Origin: Octopus sinensis
Taxonomy: Eukaryota
Direction of reading: 5' to 3'
Assembly: GCF_006345805.1 (NCBI RefSeq)
Contig: NC_042999.1
Location: 168,888,001-168,952,000 of the forward strand
DNA length: 64,000 nucleotides
The notes beneath the pieces were generated by a model. The model was not told where the DNA came from, ran no database searches, and saw only the letters and a program-made list of their open reading frames with translations. The translations under genes and the position numbers were made by a program. Below are positions 38,700-49,678 of the stretch, one piece after another (positions within the stretch are counted from its first letter, which is position 1; each line of letters starts with the position of its first letter).

Positions 38700-38906
38700 A
38701 ACTAAAATAAGGGTCTTTGAGAGACACCACCATGCCGAAATAGCAGTCAAATCCCTGACTCTATGAACCACCTTAAATATTCATATCGCACCATGAGATA
38801 AGATTATCTCATGGTGCGATATGAATATTTAACGAGGTTCTTAGAGTCAGGGATTTGACTGCTATTTCGGCATGGTGGTGTCTCTCAAAGACCCTTATTT
38901 TTAGTT
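38700..38906. repeat. ~100-bp-arm palindrome
   Basis: AACTAAAATAAGGGTCTTTGAGAG...GAGATAA-GA-TTATCTC...CTCTCAAAGACCCTTATTTTTAGTT. Confidence 0.9.
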
Positions 38907-39093
38907 AAAAATGACAGGGACACAGTGAAGTGAAAAGTGGAGGGAAAGTGAGCGAGAGGAGAAGGCAAAGAAATGTGAGAGAGGGGGAACGAAGAGTAGA
39001 ATGAACAAATAAACGTGAATGGGCTGATAGAGTCGGACAAGATTTAGTAAAATGTGTACTTACATATAAGAGAACAAAGTGTACGTACGCCGC

Positions 39094-39150
<57 letters not shown>

Positions 39151-39766
39151 CAAAATGGGATAAGAATGCAAAACATCCAGACAAAAGTGATACAAAAAAA
39201 GGGACAACAAAACATTCAGATAGATGATACAAAGAAAACAAGGACAGGTTATTCAGAGTTTTCTTTCCTCAGTCGAGTTCCAGATTATCTTTGCAATTTT
39301 GGCTGGTTATACTCAAGATATATATATATACATACATACATGTGTGTGTGTGTATAATATGTGTATATGTGTATATATATATATATATACACATATATAT
39401 ATACATATACTCATGTACATGCAATCATACTTATCATTCTGTATTCTTTGCATATTAAAAAAATTGATTTGCTCTGTTTTGTTAACACTGAACATGTGTG
39501 AACATTTATATACATGTGCATAGTTTACTTGTATGTTTTTTGTGTACCTGTATCTTTTTGAGAGGGAGGGAGAGAGAGAGAGAGAGAGAGAGAGACACAC
39601 ACACACAAATACAGAGATACAAACAGACAGACATAGATTAGATACTAGCAATTATTGTTAATTTACAAAAATCCTTAACAGTTAATTTCTCTATACCTCT
39701 ATATGCCATACATATACATCATTCTGTATTCCTTGCATATATAAGTAACTTGGCAAGCAATAGTCC

Positions 39767-40546
39767 CTATGTTTGTTTTGGTAGAAAATAGACTTGTTTT
39801 GTTAACATTGAAGATATACATGGTATTTGTTTCATTCCATTCCAGGTTGAATCTGAAGTCAAAGACTCGAAATTATTAGCCACTTTATTATTCACTAGGG
39901 TTAACATTGTGTGCAATTCCATCCAGTGTCCATAGTTCATGAAAACAGCAGTTAAGGCTTGAATAAACCAGGTTCCTTGAGAAGGTGTACGCCAAGAATA
40001 AAAGCCAGACATAGTTCCAAAGCCAATAAGCACATCAGCCCATAATGGAAGTTTGTGCCAATGAGTTTCACATTCGTTAGTTACATCCTTTGCATCGCAT
40101 ACATCAATTCCTTTATCCAGGTTTTCTCCCCGACATGCTGACACAAATATCAGCTTTGGTTTGCCTATTAAACTTTTGCACTTCCCTGGTAATATGGGTT
40201 TTATAATTTCTTCCAATGTGACAGCATTGTCATCTGTACCATAGAGAATATCCTCCTTATTACCATGCGACAAGATAACTAGTAAGAAACAATCATTGTC
40301 TGTATGGTCTTTTGAAGCCATGTCATTTAACAAGTCCTTCATCTCTTTTACTGTCTGGTTATGGTATACAATAACTTCAAAGCCAAGATGTTCTAATGCT
40401 ATTCTCATTTCTTGTGTATCAATAGAAGATCCCTCTCGTTCAGGCAGATTCATAAAATGTTCATTGTTTATAATGAGGGCAAAACCTCTTCTCTTGTGTG
40501 ACATATCATATTTGAAATAATCAGGAAGCTTTGCTATACTCTCCAT
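39767..40546 (-). CDS. Effector (caspase-3/7-like) caspase, single coding exon, 259 aa
   Basis: RRGFALIINN, R37 (REGS), ILSHG (H94), FVSACRG (C138), linker DVCD, SWR (R186), GTWFIQAL, QIPCISSMLTK. Confidence 0.95.
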   Translation of the reverse strand: MESIAKLPDYFKYDMSHKRRGFALIINNEHFMNLPEREGSSIDTQEMRIALEHLGFEVIVYHNQTVKEMKDLLNDMASKDHTDNDCFLLVILSHGNKEDILYGTDDNAVTLEEIIKPILPGKCKSLIGKPKLIFVSACRGENLDKGIDVCDAKDVTNECETHWHKLPLWADVLIGFGTMSGFYSWRTPSQGTWFIQALTAVFMNYGHWMELHTMLTLVNNKVANNFESLTSDSTWNGMKQIPCISSMLTKQVYFLPKQT

Positions 40547-41503
40547 GTTAAAGCCTTTGAGTTTCTATCACAATGTGTTTTCTAAGTGGAAACAGACTAT
40601 CATTTATATACACTGTTACAAAAATATATTTTTGGCATTGTAAAGTAAAATGATACGTAACATAACTATTACTCAAGGATAATAACAGCAATAATAATAA
40701 TAAAAATAACAACAAAACAACAATATATAATTATAAATAAATCAATGTATTTTACTTTATGAACAATGTATTTTATCTCACCTTTCAAAATTCATTGTCT
40801 CGGTACACGTACTTTCTCCCTTGCCTCTCTCTATCTTTCACAACCATATCTACACTCTAACTTATACATACTGTGTCTTATCAGTTCCTTTTCCTATATA
40901 TTTCCTTGTGATGAGAAATTTATAAAACTAATAGAATTATTTATGATAATAAATTAGTCATTATACAACTATCTACACAAGTGTGTATGTACTAGACTAC
41001 CTAGTCTTCATAGGTACAAATTTGTGAGACAATTCTAAACATGGAAGCAATAGCTGGAATCTAGAGCACTAAAGGTAAATTTAACCATGAGTTTTATTTT
41101 TGTTAGCAGAAAAGAAACGTGAACACTATTACCATATGAGAAGTGACCAGCTTAATTCCAAAAAAGGAGTAGCCAGAATCCTTCACTGTGTATCCAGTGC
41201 ATACAATGACTGTGTGAAAGGTACAGTGGTGTCCTGAAACACATGCAGAGAAACACATAAGCCTTCAATAAATGTATAAAATCCATTATCTGTGTGTATA
41301 TTCTATATCCCTCTGTAGCAACATACCAATTTAACTTGTTAGCTGGACTATGGATTTACAAATTTGACTAGTGACAGGTTTTGAATCCCAACATCAATTC
41401 CAGGACATTTTTGTTAGCCCAGTGCACCTTTATCTACAGAGACCTTATTAAGTATTTCACCCAGATTACTAGCCTCATATTAATCCCTTTTTGTTTTGAT
41501 ATT

Positions 41504-41548
<45 letters not shown>

Positions 41549-41833
41549 ACACACACCACACACACACATATATGGTTAATTCTACGATTGAAGATGTGAT
41601 TTTCTCTATCCATACACTGAATTTCTCAAAATTCCTTCTAAAGGATATTTGGATCTACTTATCATACATGAGGAATCAATTATATTAGATGTGCATTCTA
41701 CTCACATTTATTGGTCTCTGATTGTTTGAAAAAGTTAACCAAATTCATTAAAAACTGAGTGATACCGGCCTGGCTTTTTTAAACCTTTTTCTTCTTATAT
41801 CTTCTTATGTATGTATGTATGTGTGTGTGTACA

Positions 41834-42110
41834 TACTCTTTTACTCTTTTACTCTTTTACTTGTTTCAGTCATTTGACTGCAGCCATGCTGGAGCACCGC
41901 CTTTAATCGAGCAACTCGACCCCGGGACTTATTCTTTTTGTTAGCCCAGTACTTATTCTATCGGTCTCTTTTGCCGAACCGCTAAGTAACGGGGACATAA
42001 ACACACCAGCATCGGTTGTCAAGCAATGCTAGGAGGACAAACACAGACACACAAACACACACACGCATATATATATACACATATACACGGCGGGCTTCTT
42101 TTCAGTTTCC
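41834..42110 (-). mobile_element. 5'-truncated SINE (8566 family)
   Basis: (TACTCTTT)n tail plus body, ending at GTTTCCGTC. Confidence 0.85.
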
Positions 42111-42400
42111 GTCCACAGTTTTCCTTGCATTTGGCCTTGATAGCCTTTCGCAACTGCCTTAGAAAGGTGGCACAGTACAGCACTCTCCATTGATGGTGAG
42201 AGCCTTTTGAAAGTAGTCAATAAACACGATGCTTTTTGCAATCCAAAATACTGAGGCCATCACCTTTCCTGCAGATTAAACGATCTTGATGACCTTCTTT
42301 GGAGTAAGTGTTGAGGAGTGTCTCCACGGTTAGATTATCTCTTATTCTCTAACTCAAAATGATGAACCCAACACATTTAAGGAAACTGGATTTGCCTCAA
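42110..42400 (-). pseudogene. Mariner transposase fragment
   Basis: SAGKVMASVFWIAKSIVFIDYFQKALTINGE. Confidence 0.8.
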
Positions 42401-43141
42401 GCAATGTCAGATATTCTCAAAATGTCATCAGGGAGTGTGGAGACAAGGAAATAAAGGTAGACAGGATGTAGTTGACAGTGATAATAAGAGGAAGAAATGA
42501 AGATGAGTAAAGAGAGAAAAGAAGCAGATATGTGAAGAGAAAGACAGGTAGAAATGGATAGGGAATGTTTTGCAAACAAGAGGGGAAAGGAGCCAAGAGG
42601 AGCAGGATAGAAAATGAAGACAATATCGGCCAGATGTTGACCGCTGAGTATGATCACATAGACAGGCATAAAGAGTGAGACAGAGAAGGATTTTGAATTT
42701 CTGTTGAATACAACATGGCAGATGATTAAAAAAGGGGAGAAACACAAGAAAGAGAAAAGAAGAAAATAAAGGACCACGTTTAAGGCCCCTGAATTGTAAC
42801 GAAAGAACTCTGGTCGAACAAAAACCTGAAAAACAAATAGTGACCATCAAATAAATAGTGCTTGTGTTTTTATTGGCAAAACCAGCAACATGACCTCCCA
42901 TCCAATATGTTTCAAAAGACGATAGGCCATACTGGAGCACCGTCTTTTATTTGGACAAATCAATGCCAGGAATTATTCTTTGGAAGCTTTGGATTTATTC
43001 TATTGCCTCTTTTTCCGAACCGCCAAGTTACAGGGGCATAATCGCATCAACATTAGTTATCAAGCGATGGTGAGGTGACAAGCAAATACATACATTCGTA
43101 TGTATATGCATGTGTGTATGTGTGCTTGCATATGTACCTAC

Positions 43142-43214
<73 letters not shown>

Positions 43215-43626
43215 GAGAGAGAGAGAGAGAGAGTTCTTTCATCACACTTCTGTGACCTCATCAGTGTTTTTCGCTTTCCTCCTTGTGTTGCCTCTTTCTA
43301 ATGATCCGCCTTGCGATTTGACTTCTATTTTTATCAATGTCAGCCCCTAGTGGGCAGATTCAGAAATCTATAATATACACACATATATATATACACTGTA
43401 AAGTAGTTGGCATTAGGAAGGGCATCCAGCCACAAAAACGTTGCCAAACTAGATAGGAGCTGGTAGCCCTTGGCTTCTGGCCCTGTCGACCCGTACAATC
43501 TATGCCAGTATGGAAAGCGGACGTTAAATGATGATGAATATATATGATATTTATAATGTATAATATATATATTAATGTATATATATGTGCGTGCTTGTAT
43601 CACTTTCTCTCTCTCTCTGATATATG

Positions 43627-43662
<36 letters not shown>

Positions 43663-43727
43663 GGTAAAACCATATAACTGGAGGAGAGCTTACTCTACAG
43701 GTAGAGAAGTGGGTAAATATTAATAGA

Positions 43728-43910
43728 CATCGTAATGATACCAGCTACCAAATAGTTTCACTGCGAATTGGAGCCCCGAGTGACCTTAGTAAAATCATTG
43801 GGGAGAATCCCGAGCTGATTATCGGCTGGGATTCTCCCCAATGACTTTACTAAGGTCACCCGGGGCCCCAGTTCGCTGTGAAACCGTTTGGTATCTGGTA
43901 TCGTTACGAT
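43728..43910. repeat. Imperfect ~90-bp-arm palindrome
   Basis: GTGACCTTAGTAAAATCATTGGGAGAATCCC pairs with GGGATTCTCCCCAATGACTTTACTAAGGTCAC; outer arms are more diverged. Confidence 0.85.
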
Positions 43911-44084
43911 TTTTTTTTTTTATTTCATCTAGTTTCAGCTCACAAGCTGTGGCCATGCTGGGGCACCGCCATTTTAAAAAAGTTGCCAGCAGATAGTTAT
44001 GGCATTCGAACCCATACAACTCAGATACTGGCTGAGTACTTTACCATTAAGCTAAATGACCCACGATGTCTATTTATATTTATC

Positions 44085-44700
44085 ATCATCATCATCATCA
44101 TCATTTAACGTCCGCTTTCCATGCTAGCATGGGTTGGACGGTTCAACTGGGGTCTGGGGAGCCCGAAGGCTGCACCAGGCCAGTCAGATCTGGCAGTGTT
44201 TCTACAGCTGGATGCCCTTCCTAACGCCAACCACTCCGAGAGTGTAGTGGGTGATTTTATGTGCCACCGACACAGGTGCCAGACGAGGCTGGCGAACGGC
44301 CACGCTTGGATGGTGTTTTTATGTGCCACCGACACAGGTGCCAGACAAGGCTAGCAGACGACCACGCTCGGATGGTGTTTTTATGTGCCACCGACACAGG
44401 TGCCAGACGAGGCTGGTGAACGGCCACGCTCGGATGGTGTTTTTATGTGCCACCGACACAGGTGCCAGACAAGGCTAGCAGACGACCACGTTCGGATGGT
44501 GTTTTTTTTTTGTTTTTTTTGTGCCACCGACACAGGAGCCAGATTAGGCTGGCGATCGGCCACGATTGGATGGTGATTGTTACGTGCCCACAGCATGGAG
44601 GCCAGTCGGTGTGGTACTGGCTACGGCCACGTTCAGATGGTTTTCTTGTGTGCCACCGGCACTGGTACCACAAAGATACAAATTCCATTGATGTTCATCT
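44085..44700 (-). mobile_element. RTE 3'-end copy with internal 62-bp tandem array
   Basis: (CAT)n tail and CCATGCTAGCATGGGTTGGAC motif as at 24705; ATGTGCCACC recurs at 44259, 44321, 44383 and 44445. Confidence 0.88.
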
Positions 44701-44764
44701 ATTTTGATATTTATAAAGAGGGCAAATTCAGCCATTTCTCCATAGATTGAAAAGAAGATGAACA

Positions 44765-44807
44765 ACCTTAAACGATTTTCAAACCTTATTGGGTTCTCAT
44801 CAGAGGC
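44765..44807 (-). ncRNA. Very compact type I hammerhead candidate
   Basis: GCCT-CTGATGA-GAACC-caataa-GGTTT-GAAA-ATCGTT-TA-AGGT. Confidence 0.65.
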
Positions 44808-45595
44808 GTAGTGGTTCAAACATTAAAAAATAGAACTCATGTTGGGTCGAACTCAAATAATAAGTATAGATTTATTGATCGGTGAAAGTTACATAGTGAC
44901 TGAAGGTTCGGGAGTTTCGTGCAGAGGCACTTATCAAACTAATTAAAACAAAAAAGCAGGACAGTATCGGAAACAAACATGATGCAGATACTATTTTATA
45001 TATACGCAGGAAGACTTTTGATTGATAATATGACAGAATTAAGGCATGATAAAAAATGAAAGTCATCAATACATAAGGCATTCTGCCTAAACTACGTCTT
45101 TAAGATATGATTTCTTAGTAGAAACGCTGAAAGGAAACTATTTCCTAAGGAACTCAAGAGAAGGATAAAAAGAGCAGGGAGAGAGAGGAATAAAGACAAA
45201 CGGAAAGTAAGGACTGAATGAAAAATGAAAAGGGGAATCAAGGCTGAAGTGAATGCTAGGCTGGAGTTGAAAAAAAAAGGCATTTACCCAGGCAGTGGTC
45301 AAGCAGATAATGGTATGGGATATTGAATGGTCGTTTTGCACCAAAAAGGTGAACGGAGAGAAGACCTATTGACGTGAGAGTGCAGGTAGAGAGAAAGAGG
45401 AAGTGTAGTGAAAGAAGGCAATAAAGATAGATAGGAGGTGGTTAACAGTAATAGAGACAGGAGGAAATGAAAGGTAGTAAAGAGAGAAAAGATGTGTAGA
45501 GAGAAAGAACGATAGAAATAGATAGGGAATGCTTTACAAAGAAGAGGATAGGAAAGGTTAGAAAATGGAGACAATGTCCACTAAATGTTGAAAGC

Positions 45596-47797
45596 TGTGT
45601 GGGGTACCACTGAGTAAGAATAGAAGTGGATGTGTGGGGTACCACTGAGTAAGAATAGAAGTGGATGTGTGGGGTACCACTGAGTAAGAATAGAAGTGGA
45701 TGTGTGGGGTACCACTGAGTAAGAATAGAAGTGGATGTGTGGGGTACCACTGAGTTAGAATAGAAGTGGATGTGTGGGGTACCACTGAGTTAGAATAGAA
45801 GTGGATGTGTGGGGTACCACTGAGTAAGAATAGAAGTGGATGTGTGGGGTACCACTGAGTAAGAATAGAAGTGGATGTGTGGGGTACCACTGAGTTAGAA
45901 TAGAAGTGGATGTGTGGGGTACCACTGAGTAAGAATAGAAGTGGATGTGTGGGGTACCACTGAGTAAGAATAGAAGTGGATGTGTGGGGTACCACTGAGT
46001 AAGAATAGAAGTGGATGTGCGGGGTACCACTGTGTAAGAATAGAAGTGGATGTGTGGGGTGCCACTGAGTAAGAATAGAAGTGGATGTGTGGGGTGCCAC
46101 TGAGTAAGAATAGAAGTGGATGTGTGGGGTGCCACTGAGTAAGAATAGAAGTGGATGTGTGGGGTGCCACTGAGTAAGAATAGAAGTGGATGTGTGGGGT
46201 GCCACTGAGTAAGAATAGAAGTGGATGTGTGGGGTGCCACTGAGTAAGAATAGAAGTGGATGTGTGGGGTGCCACTGAGTAAGAATAGAAGTGGATTGTG
46301 GGGGCCACTGAGTAAGAATAGAAGTGGATGTGTGGGGTGCCACTGAGTAGAATAGAAGTGGATGTGTGGGGTGCCACTGAGTAAGAATAGAAGTTGGATG
46401 TGTGGGGTGCCACTGAGTAAGAAGAAGTGGATGTGTGGGGTGCCACTGAGTAGAATAGAAGTGGATGTTGGGGTGCCACTGAGTAAGAATAGAAGTGGAT
46501 GTGTGGGGTACCACTGGGTAGAATAGAAGTGGATGTGTGGGGTACCACTGGTAAGAATAGAAGTGGATGTGTGGGGTACCACTGGGTAAGAAGAAGTGGA
46601 TTGTGTGGGGGTACCACTGGGTAAGAATAGAAGTGGATGTGTGGGGTACCACTGAGTAAGAATAGAATGGAGTGTGGGGTACCACTGGTAAGAATAGAAG
46701 TGGATGTGTGGGGTACCACTGAGTAAGAATAGAAGTGGATGTGTGGGGTACCACTGAGTAAGAATAGAAGTGGGTGTGTGGGGTACCACTGAGTAAGAAT
46801 AGAAATGGATGTGTGGGGTACCACTGAGTAAGAATAGAAGTGGATGTGTGGGGTACCACTGAGTAAGAATAGAAGTGGATGTGTGGGGTACCACTGAGTA
46901 AGAATAGAAGTGGATGTGTGGGGTACCACTGAGTAAGAATAGAAGTGGATGTGTGGGTGGGGTACCACTGAGTTAGAATAGAAGTGGATGTGTGGGGTAC
47001 CACTGAGTAGAATAGAAGTGGATGTGTGGGGTACCACTGAGTTAGAATAGAAGTGGATGTGTGGGGTACCACTGAGTAAGAATAGAAGTGGATGTGGGGG
47101 TACCACTGAGTAAGAATAGAAGTGGATGTGTGGGGTACCACTGAGTAGAATAGAAGTGGATGTGTGGGGTACCACTGAGTAAGAATAGAAGTGGATGTGT
47201 GGGGTACCACTGTGTAAGAATAGAAGTGGATGTGTGGGGTACCACTGAGTAAGAATAGAAGTGGATGTGTGGGGTACCACTGAGTAAGAATAGAAGTGGA
47301 TGTGTGGGGTACCACTGAGTAAGAATAGAAGTGGATGTGTGGGGTACCACTGAGTTAGAATAGAAGTGGATGTGTGGGGTACCACTGGGTAAGAATAGAA
47401 GTGGATGTGTGGGGTACCGCTGGGTAAGAATAGAAGTAGATGTGTGGGGTACCACTGAGTAAGAATAGAAGTGGATGTGTGGGGTACCACTGAGTTAGAA
47501 TAGAAGTGGATGTGTGGTGTACACCACTGATAAGAATAGAATGGATGTGTGGGGTACCACTGAGTAAGAATAGAAGTGGATGTTGGGGGTACCACTGAGT
47601 TAGAATAGAAGTGGATGTGGTGGGGTACCACTGAGTAAGAATAGAAGTGGATGTGTGGGGTACCACTGAGTAAGAATAGAAGTGGATGTGTGGGGTACCA
47701 CTGAGTAAGAATAGAAGTGGATGTGTGGGGTACCACTGAGTTAGAATAGAAGTGGATGTGTGGGGTACCACTGAGTAAGAATAGAAGTGGATGTGTG
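45596..47797. repeat. 35-bp minisatellite, roughly 63 copies
   Basis: Unit GGGGTACCACTGAGTAAGAATAGAAGTGGATGTGT; starts at 45601 and 45636 give the period. Confidence 0.98.
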
Positions 47798-48299
47798 GCT
47801 TTACAAATTCATTTCAGTTTGCAATTATTTATAGTTAAATGTTTCCTTTCAAAGTTTTTTACTTTCAAAGAATTTTTTCATGCACATTTTGGACCTAACA
47901 ACCTATATGAGAAAATCGTTTTGACTGAAAGAATTTTGAAAGGGTTTTATTTTTAGACTGGGGTCAAACGATCAAATCCATTCAACCATGTTTTAAGTCT
48001 TTAGCAACACCAATTACAAAGAACTTGGGAGTGGTACTGAAAGATGGAGAAAAGTATTTGACAGACAGAAAGAGAGGGTTACACATTTGAACTGGATGGG
48101 AGCTGTCTTCAATAATTCAAATAATGCTATATATTCAAAATTAACCATAAATGCTGGTTTTGTTGTTCTTATTGTTGCTGCTACTGTTGTTATTGTCACT
48201 TATTTTTTTGTAGTTTGACACTACTTTCCTTCAGAAGTTAGGGTTCATAAACTCCCTCGGGAATTTTATGCCAGCTTCATCACTTTTATTTATTATTAA

Positions 48300-48467
48300 T
48301 TTTTTTTCTTTGTTTTGAGACTTAAGCATTTTCTACCGAAAAATTTTAGACACTTTTTTTCTGAAACTGGTAAGATTATGTAGGGGGTGCAAATTTTGAT
48401 CTTGCACCCCTTGAGAATTCTAGGGGGTGCAGGTTCACCTGCTGCACCCCCTGTTCCCAGGCCCTTG
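48300..48467 (-). mobile_element. Terminus of a probable non-autonomous hAT-type element
   Basis: Minus-strand end AGGGCCTGGGAAC with repeated GGGGTGCA/TGCACCCC subterminal motifs. Confidence 0.45.
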
Positions 48468-48789
48468 ATTGGCACTAGTTCGGTATTACATGTCAAAAGG
48501 GAAAGAATAAGATCTATATTGTAATGTCATATAATATTGTTTCCCTTTTCATTCTACTATAATAAATAAATGAATAATTTATATCTTAATGTGAACAACA
48601 TTATGCATCAGCAATTTTCCATCTTTACTGCCATGACAGTGGAATGATGTGTCAGTGTATGAGTGTTGACTGACATAACAAAAGGCTGGAGGTGAAACTC
48701 TTGACAAAAACAATTAGGTGACAGGTCCAAGGTATATAAAAATACCGTTCATAATTATTGCAGCAGTTGCAAGGTATTTGCAATTACAT

Positions 48790-48947
48790 ATTTACCCTTA
48801 GATTAATGAAGTCTCAAAAGAGAAAGAAGATGAGACATTCCAAGCATCAGCAAACACATACTGCAGCACGTCAAATGGAGTCTCAAGGGAGAAGGGAGAT
48901 GAAGCTTTCGCAAGATCAGCAAATGCATGCTGCAGCACGTCAAATGG
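48790..48947 (+). repeat. 66-bp (22-aa) coding-like tandem repeat resembling Helitron N-terminal STPR-type repeats
   Basis: SQKRKKMRHSKHQQTHTAARQME followed by SQGRREMKLSQDQQMHAAARQME. Confidence 0.55.
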
Positions 48948-49612
48948 AGGGGTCTTAGTGAGTTTGTCCAAAACAATTCGTCTAAAATACAATTGATCTA
49001 AATGCAATTTGTCTAAAACAGTACTAATCTAGAAACAATGTCTAAAGCACAATCTGACTAAAAAATAAAAATTGCTTCATTTTGATGAATTCGTATTTTT
49101 TTTTTCTAATTTATAGTTCTTTGGGTTTATATCTAGCTGTTAACCAATTATAAAGACATTAGGATTATTTTAATTCAAAATGCATAAAAACAAAAGACAG
49201 TATTTACTGAAAGGACTTGTTAATTTTTTAAAAGGAAAGGTTGTGTGCTATACCACGAAAATAATGATATTTTGTGGATCAAAATTTTGAGCAAGACTTT
49301 TTATTCGTTTTGCATTATCTCAATAGCTCTTCTTTGGAGGTTCTGGTTTCATTCCAGCAATATACTGCTCAATCATAATCTCACTTAGACTTTGTTCTTT
49401 TTGTAGAAAGTTGATAAATTTCCAGATGTTGGGGTGATGAAACCCAACTTGGGTTTCAAATGCTTGATGCCATCCTTTGATATATATTCCACATATTTAG
49501 TGGGAAGAGAGGTGGGCGTCACACATTCTTTCTGTTTGGCCTTCCAATCCATGTATCCTCGAAATAATCAATGATTTCTTGTGCTTCTTTAGGGAAGATC
49601 ACTTGTTTCAAC
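48948..49612 (-). mobile_element. MULE/Mutator 3' arm: transposase C-terminal remnant plus repeat-bearing terminal region
   Basis: IIDYFEDTWIGRP...PPLFPLNMWNIY/EGWHQAFETQVGFHHPNIWKFINFLQKEQ; repeated GTCTAAA motifs at 48965-49060. Confidence 0.75.
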
Positions 49613-49649
49613 ATAACTGTAATATATATACAAACTATGCCATTTCAAT

Positions 49650-49678
49650 CCCAAGCAACGCTGGGTATTCCTTCTAGT
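49650..49678 (+). other. Helitron 3' terminus (hairpin plus CTAG followed by T)
   Basis: CCCAAGCAACGCTGGG-TATTCCTT-CTAG-T. Confidence 0.75.

Noticed and set aside
41036-41270. MEAIAGI* and YYHM...KGVARIL resembling a divergent caspase start
   Set aside because: Similarity is short, split over frames and lacks SHG/ACRG; not supportable without an alignment score.
45558-47771. Long minus-strand ORFs (379-613 aa) and a possible CRISPR array
   Set aside because: They are translations of the 35-bp minisatellite. There are no unique spacers and no cas genes, and the context is eukaryotic.
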